From Chryseobacterium sp. (GTDB lineage Bacteria; Bacteroidota; Bacteroidia; Flavobacteriales; Weeksellaceae): DNA of 64,000 bases. The stretch is taken from assembly GCF_041914225.1 (NCBI RefSeq), contig NZ_JAYSDT010000005.1, forward strand, positions 21,511-85,510, read 5' to 3'. This document shows, one piece after another, positions 59,349 through 64,000 of the stretch. Made by a program: the position numbers and the translations under genes. Each line of letters starts with the position of its first letter. Positions within the stretch are counted from its first letter, which is position 1. The notes beneath the pieces are model-generated. The model was not told the DNA's origin. It saw only the letters and a program-made list of their open reading frames with translations, and ran no database searches.

Positions 59349-59931
59349 GTATTATTTTTATTTATAATGAGTAAAAATAAAGAAAAAAGGGGATACAGAA
59401 TGATGATATTTTTATGATTTAAATTAGCTGCTGAAGATGATTAATAAATAAAGATTAACTGATTTTGGTTAAGAAAAAAGTTGTTTAAACTTTACAAAAC
59501 CATAAAAGTCACAAAAGGTTTCATCGTAAAACACTTGAGTTCGCTTAAGTAAGTTTAAAATGATACCGCAGAAAAGTCCACACAAGATGAATATCAAAGA
59601 TTTTCACAAACTTAACCGCACTTATTATGCATAAAGCTTGGCTCTAAAAAACTTAAAGGTTTAAAAATTTTGTGGTTAAAAATAACGAATATAAAAACTT
59701 AAACAGCTCCAAGAATAAAATAAGCTTCCCGTTAAAGAAAGCTTATCTGATTTCAAGTAAGATGTAATTATAAACAAGACTCAAAAATAAGATAAATAGA
59801 ACCAGATCATTATGAGCGTGATCATATTCTGTAATGATCGGTGAAATTGTATGGTAGTATTATTTTCAGTGCCTTTAATTGATAAAAATCAGAATAAGAA
59901 TCTTAACTTAGATTTAAATCTTAAAATAAAC

Positions 59932-60351
59932 ATGAAAGAAATGAAAAAAATACTACTATTTTTTATCATCACAATAACAAGCATAGTCTTTACGAAAGGA
60001 CAAACTATTGAATCAGGCAGCAGAAGTACCATCGGATATATTAGAAGTGACGGAACAATCGAAAATAGCAGTCATGCGACCACAGGTTATATTAAAAACG
60101 ACGGAACCATTGAAAACAGCAGCCATTCAACGATTGGCTATATCAGAAATGATGAGACCATTGAAAACAGCAGTCGTTCTACAGTTGGTTATGTAAGAGA
60201 AGATGGGACCGTAGAAAACAGCAGCCGGTCTACATTGGGATATATTAAAAATGACGGAACAGTTGAGAATGCAAGCCGGACTACCATAGGATATGCCCGT
60301 GGGATAAAAAAAGAATGGGTGGCTGTAGTCTATTTCTTTTTTAAGCTCTAG
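59932..60351 (+). CDS. Secreted protein with 17-aa tandem repeats (beta-flower-like)
   Basis: Signal peptide; repeated T(I/V)ENSS.ST(I/V)GY(I/V)..DG units. Confidence 0.75.
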   Translation: MKEMKKILLFFIITITSIVFTKGQTIESGSRSTIGYIRSDGTIENSSHATTGYIKNDGTIENSSHSTIGYIRNDETIENSSRSTVGYVREDGTVENSSRSTLGYIKNDGTVENASRTTIGYARGIKKEWVAVVYFFFKL

Positions 60352-60471
60352 AAGAAAATTTTATTGCCGGACAGCTTATTCTTTCGGATAATTTTTTTTG
60401 ATTTTATATGCTTTAAGCCTTTTGTTGGCTTGTAAATTGATACTACAAACTGTATTGAATTTTGATGACTA

Positions 60472-62271
60472 ATGGCTAGAACGACTGTAACTCTGATTTT
60501 CCTTTTAAGTGGTTTTTTCTTTTTGAATGCACAGGAGAAGAAAGACTCGCTTTATTATAAAATAGAAAAATTTTCGGACAAAAGAAAGGTTACCAAATTC
60601 ATTCACCGGTTTATATTTCGTAGGGAACCGGATTCCACTTCTGTGAAGTCCAGTACTGAAAAGCTTTCGCAGAAGTCTTATGACAAAAAAATTATCAGAA
60701 ATATCAGGATAGAAACCATTGACCCTTTCGGTTACAATTCGAAGGACAGTAAAGAAGCAGGCAGATGGTATGATTGGATAAAGGATCATCTTCATTCCAG
60801 CACAAGAAGATCAACGGTTAATAATTTTTTGCTTTTTGAAGAAGGAGAAGAGTATAATGCCCAAAAGCTTTATGAATCTGAACGTTTGCTGAGAGCAATG
60901 CCTTTTATAAACAGGGTTAATATCAGTGTTTCCGACAGTACTTCCAGTAAAGATTCTATCGATGTTGTTGTAAAAGTGCTTGATTCCTGGAGTCTGAAGC
61001 CGAGAATCAGTTATTCCGGAAGCAAAATAGGTCTGGGGGTTACGGAAGAAAATGTGCTGGGACTGGGACACACCCTGGACTTCCTTTACAGAAACGATTC
61101 CAAAGAAAAGCAGGACTATCTTTTAGGAAGCTATACCACCCATAATCTTTTTGGTACCTATATTAATGGCCAGATTCTTGGAGAACGTGATTTTTCGAAA
61201 AATGAAAGAATCAATTTCAGCCTCAGAAGAGATTTTTTCTCTCCATTGACGAAGTGGGCAGGAGGTTTTACATTTGAATATTTTATGCGGAAGGTTTTAC
61301 TTCCAACAGATACAGCTAACACTTTTCCCGAGGTTCAAATTAAAGTATACAGCCAGGATTTATGGGGAGGCTACCAGATTCCGGTTTCGGCTGAACCGCG
61401 TGAAAAAGTATCCAGTAATATTGCTATTATAGGAAGATTTCAGAATTATCAATATAAAGACAGCCCGGGAATAGACCGGTACAAATATTTCAGCTCTTAC
61501 AACAGTTTTCTGATGTCTGTAGGATTTATTCAGAGAAACTTCTCGGTCCAGAAAAATATTTTCCAGTATGATTTGCCGGAGGATATTGCTTATGGTAATT
61601 CTGTGAACATCATTGCCGGTGGCTTATCCCGAAATAAAGAAGTGAATCCGTATGTGGGAGTTTCTGCATCTTACGGCCGTTTTACGAAGTTGGGATATTT
61701 CACAGTGAAAGCACAGTTTGGAAGATTCTTTAATGAAGACAGCCAGAACAGGGAATCTTTCCGTTTTGACGGAACGTATTTCACTAATCTTATGGACTGG
61801 AAATTTGCCAAAGCAAGACATTTCTTTTCCCCGACTTTAGCACTGGGAAATCCACAGCATAATTACTCTTATAAGGATAGAATAAATCTTTCATCCCCGG
61901 ACGAATTTCCGGTTTACAATTCAGATTATATCGGGACTAAAAAACTGGTTTTAAGATATCAGCTCCAGCTGTTTATAAATAAAACCTGGAAGAATTTCCA
62001 TTTCAGTCCTTATTTAACAACAGCGGTGGGATGGCTGGGAATGCCCGATGATAAGCTGTTTAAAACAAAAGCCAATGCAAAAATCGGAATCGGTGTTTTA
62101 ATTAATAATCCGTACCTGGTGTTCAACAGGATTCAGATTTCTTTCATGTATTATCCACGGGTTCCGTTTGATAATAACTCTGTTTTTGATTTTAACAGTA
62201 ACAGAAATAACCTGTTACCAATGAACAGTTTTGCAACGGATATTCCACATTTTGTGAATTTTGGAAATTAA
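60472..62271 (+). CDS. POTRA-containing Omp85/TamA-like outer-membrane protein
   Basis: Signal peptide, ESERLLR, VKVLDSWS, ENVLGLGH, beta-strand-rich C-terminus. Confidence 0.78.
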   Translation: MARTTVTLIFLLSGFFFLNAQEKKDSLYYKIEKFSDKRKVTKFIHRFIFRREPDSTSVKSSTEKLSQKSYDKKIIRNIRIETIDPFGYNSKDSKEAGRWYDWIKDHLHSSTRRSTVNNFLLFEEGEEYNAQKLYESERLLRAMPFINRVNISVSDSTSSKDSIDVVVKVLDSWSLKPRISYSGSKIGLGVTEENVLGLGHTLDFLYRNDSKEKQDYLLGSYTTHNLFGTYINGQILGERDFSKNERINFSLRRDFFSPLTKWAGGFTFEYFMRKVLLPTDTANTFPEVQIKVYSQDLWGGYQIPVSAEPREKVSSNIAIIGRFQNYQYKDSPGIDRYKYFSSYNSFLMSVGFIQRNFSVQKNIFQYDLPEDIAYGNSVNIIAGGLSRNKEVNPYVGVSASYGRFTKLGYFTVKAQFGRFFNEDSQNRESFRFDGTYFTNLMDWKFAKARHFFSPTLALGNPQHNYSYKDRINLSSPDEFPVYNSDYIGTKKLVLRYQLQLFINKTWKNFHFSPYLTTAVGWLGMPDDKLFKTKANAKIGIGVLINNPYLVFNRIQISFMYYPRVPFDNNSVFDFNSNRNNLLPMNSFATDIPHFVNFGN

Positions 62272-62279
62272 TCAAAGCT

Positions 62280-62313
62280 AAAACTTCCTTACCCAAAGCA
62301 AGGAAGTTTTTTT
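62280..62313. terminator. Bidirectional terminator
   Basis: AAAACTTCCTT...AAGGAAGTTTT between convergent genes. Confidence 0.8.
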
Positions 62314-62339
62314 AAATGTCATAAGAACATTCTGACAAA

Positions 62340-62798
62340 TTATACAACCACATCTATTTTTACATTGATATTGCCTCTTGTCGCTTTGGAATAAGGACAT
62401 GTTGCGTGGGCTGTTTCCACCATTTTTCTGGCTTCATCTACCGGCAGACCTGGCAAAACGACCTGTAAATGAGCCTGCAGGAAAAATCCGTCATCATTGG
62501 CTGCAAGATCTATTGAAGTGTTGACAGACAAATCTGGAGGAAGATTAGTCCCAATTTTAACAGCTCCCAAATGCATAGCTCCGATAAAGCATGCGGACCA
62601 ACCGGCTGCCAATAACTGTTCCGGATTGGTTCCGTTCCCTTTTGAACCTGGAGACGTCAGTTCAAGATCTAACTTTCCATCGCTGCTTTTTGCACGTCCG
62701 TTGCGGCCTCCTGTTACGATAACATTACCGGAATACAGGACTTTGCTGATGTTTACTACGGTTGTATTTTCTACTTCCTGAATGGTATTTAATTCCAT
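62340..62798 (-). CDS. ohr: Organic hydroperoxide resistance protein (Ohr/OsmC family)
   Basis: GGRNG, TNPEQLLAAGWSACF, AHATCPYSKATRGN. Confidence 0.93.
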   Translation of the reverse strand: MELNTIQEVENTTVVNISKVLYSGNVIVTGGRNGRAKSSDGKLDLELTSPGSKGNGTNPEQLLAAGWSACFIGAMHLGAVKIGTNLPPDLSVNTSIDLAANDDGFFLQAHLQVVLPGLPVDEARKMVETAHATCPYSKATRGNINVKIDVVV

Positions 62799-62843
62799 AT
62801 TTTTATTATTTAGATTAAACGAAATTGTTGATTGATATTTCTA

Positions 62844-64000
62844 TTAAAGTTTTTTTTTTAGATTTTTGAAAGCCGCTCTAAGCTCTTCCGTAAAGATCTG
62901 TGGCTGCTCCCACGCTGCAAAATGCCCTCCTTTCGGTGTTTTATGGTAATAATATAAAGTCGGGTAGGCACTTTTTGACCAGCTTTCCGGTGCCTGATAG
63001 ATCTCATGAGGAAATACCGAAATGGCCACGGGAACCTTAATGTCTTTTGTTTTCTGTGCTTCAGCGCTGAAATTGTTTTTATTGTTTTCCCAATAGAAAC
63101 GGGAAGAAGATGCTCCTGTATTGGTAAGCCAGTAAAGGGTAATATCATCCAGTATTGCATCGCGGCCTATTACATTTTCAGGATGAAGATCACTTTCGCT
63201 CCATTCAACAATCTTCTCATAAAGGAATGCTGCTAAAGCAACCGGGGAATCAGAAAGTAAATACCCTGTTGTCTGCGGACGTGTCACCATCATTCCTCCA
63301 TAGGCTGCATTTCTTCCAAAAAAAGTACTCATTGCATTATAGGCTTTTGCTTCCGAAGCAGAAAGCCCTGATGGAACAGGATCACCTGCATTGATAGGTT
63401 TTACAAGCTCAGCAGGAATGGTAGCCGGCATTGTCAGGTGAATTCCCAAAAGACCTGAAGGAGCCTGTTTGGCCAATGCATCAGATATTACTGAGCCGTG
63501 GTCACCGCCTTCGGAAACATATTTTTTGTACTCAAGACGCTTCATCAGCACATCCCACGCACGGGCAACGCGATCAGGGTTCCAGCCCGGTTCAGTAGGT
63601 ATTTTTGAAAAACCATATCCCGGAATAGCCGGAATGATTACATCAAATGCATCGCTTGCCTTTCCTCCGTATTTTACAGGATCGGTCAGAGGGCCTATCG
63701 CATTAATAAACTCCAACGGAGAACCTGGCCAGCCATGGGTAAGAATCACAGGCATTGCATTGGACTCTTTAGAACGGACATGGATAAACTGGATATCAAG
63801 ACCGTCAATTGTGGTTACAAACTGTGGAAGTGCATTCAGTTTATTTTCCACCTTTCTCCAGTCGTATTCATTACCCCAGTACGTGATCAGCTCTTTTAGC
63901 TGTTCAAGCTGAATTCCCTGGGAAGCATCTTTCACGGTTTCTTTATCCGGAAAACGGGCTTCAGCGATACGCTTTTTAAGATCATCCAATTGGGATTGCG
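62844..64000 (-). CDS. Epoxide hydrolase (5' end outside window)
   Basis: YDWR, HGWPGS, PGYGFS, GGDHG, GGHFAAWEQP. Confidence 0.92.
   Translation of the reverse strand, partial: QSQLDDLKKRIAEARFPDKETVKDASQGIQLEQLKELITYWGNEYDWRKVENKLNALPQFVTTIDGLDIQFIHVRSKESNAMPVILTHGWPGSPLEFINAIGPLTDPVKYGGKASDAFDVIIPAIPGYGFSKIPTEPGWNPDRVARAWDVLMKRLEYKKYVSEGGDHGSVISDALAKQAPSGLLGIHLTMPATIPAELVKPINAGDPVPSGLSASEAKAYNAMSTFFGRNAAYGGMMVTRPQTTGYLLSDSPVALAAFLYEKIVEWSESDLHPENVIGRDAILDDITLYWLTNTGASSSRFYWENNKNNFSAEAQKTKDIKVPVAISVFPHEIYQAPESWSKSAYPTLYYYHKTPKGGHFAAWEQPQIFTEELRAAFKNLKKKL

Overview
AT-rich Bacteroidota chromosome segment, most likely Chryseobacterium/Weeksellaceae (inferred from gene content, TAnnTTTG promoters and intergenic repeats). 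1-21.3 kb is core-like: Fpg/Nei glycosylase, dGTPase, SPFH protein, APC permease, two tandem CocE/NonD hydrolases, TPR protein and TonB-dependent receptor. A ~10.5-kb integrative element sits in the 3' end of tRNA-Arg(TCG), bounded by a 14-bp att repeat (21387-21400 / 31916-31929) with paired arm-type repeats at both ends. It encodes a tyrosine integrase, an excisionase-like HTH protein, a rolling-circle-type Rep and ArdA. Its two most unusual parts are (i) a cargo cassette in which a signal-peptide-bearing 'mini-Rhs' toxin (Rhs core without YD repeats) and a candidate immunity lipoprotein are flanked by two paralogous secreted transglutaminase-like Cys-His proteins, and (ii) a long structured leader before xis-rep containing three degenerate 74-83-bp repeats and two terminators. 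32-37.5 kb is a decaying accessory block ending in a deletion junction (CMD gene fused to a dps tail). 37.5-52.8 kb is a stress/redox cluster with two two-component systems, a frameshifted sigma-54 activator and shared LytTR-type operators. 53-58.5 kb is a LacI-controlled ketose (allulose/tagatose-like) uptake operon using a LamB-type porin. No CRISPR array or rRNA was seen. All protein assignments are by motif recognition, not database search.
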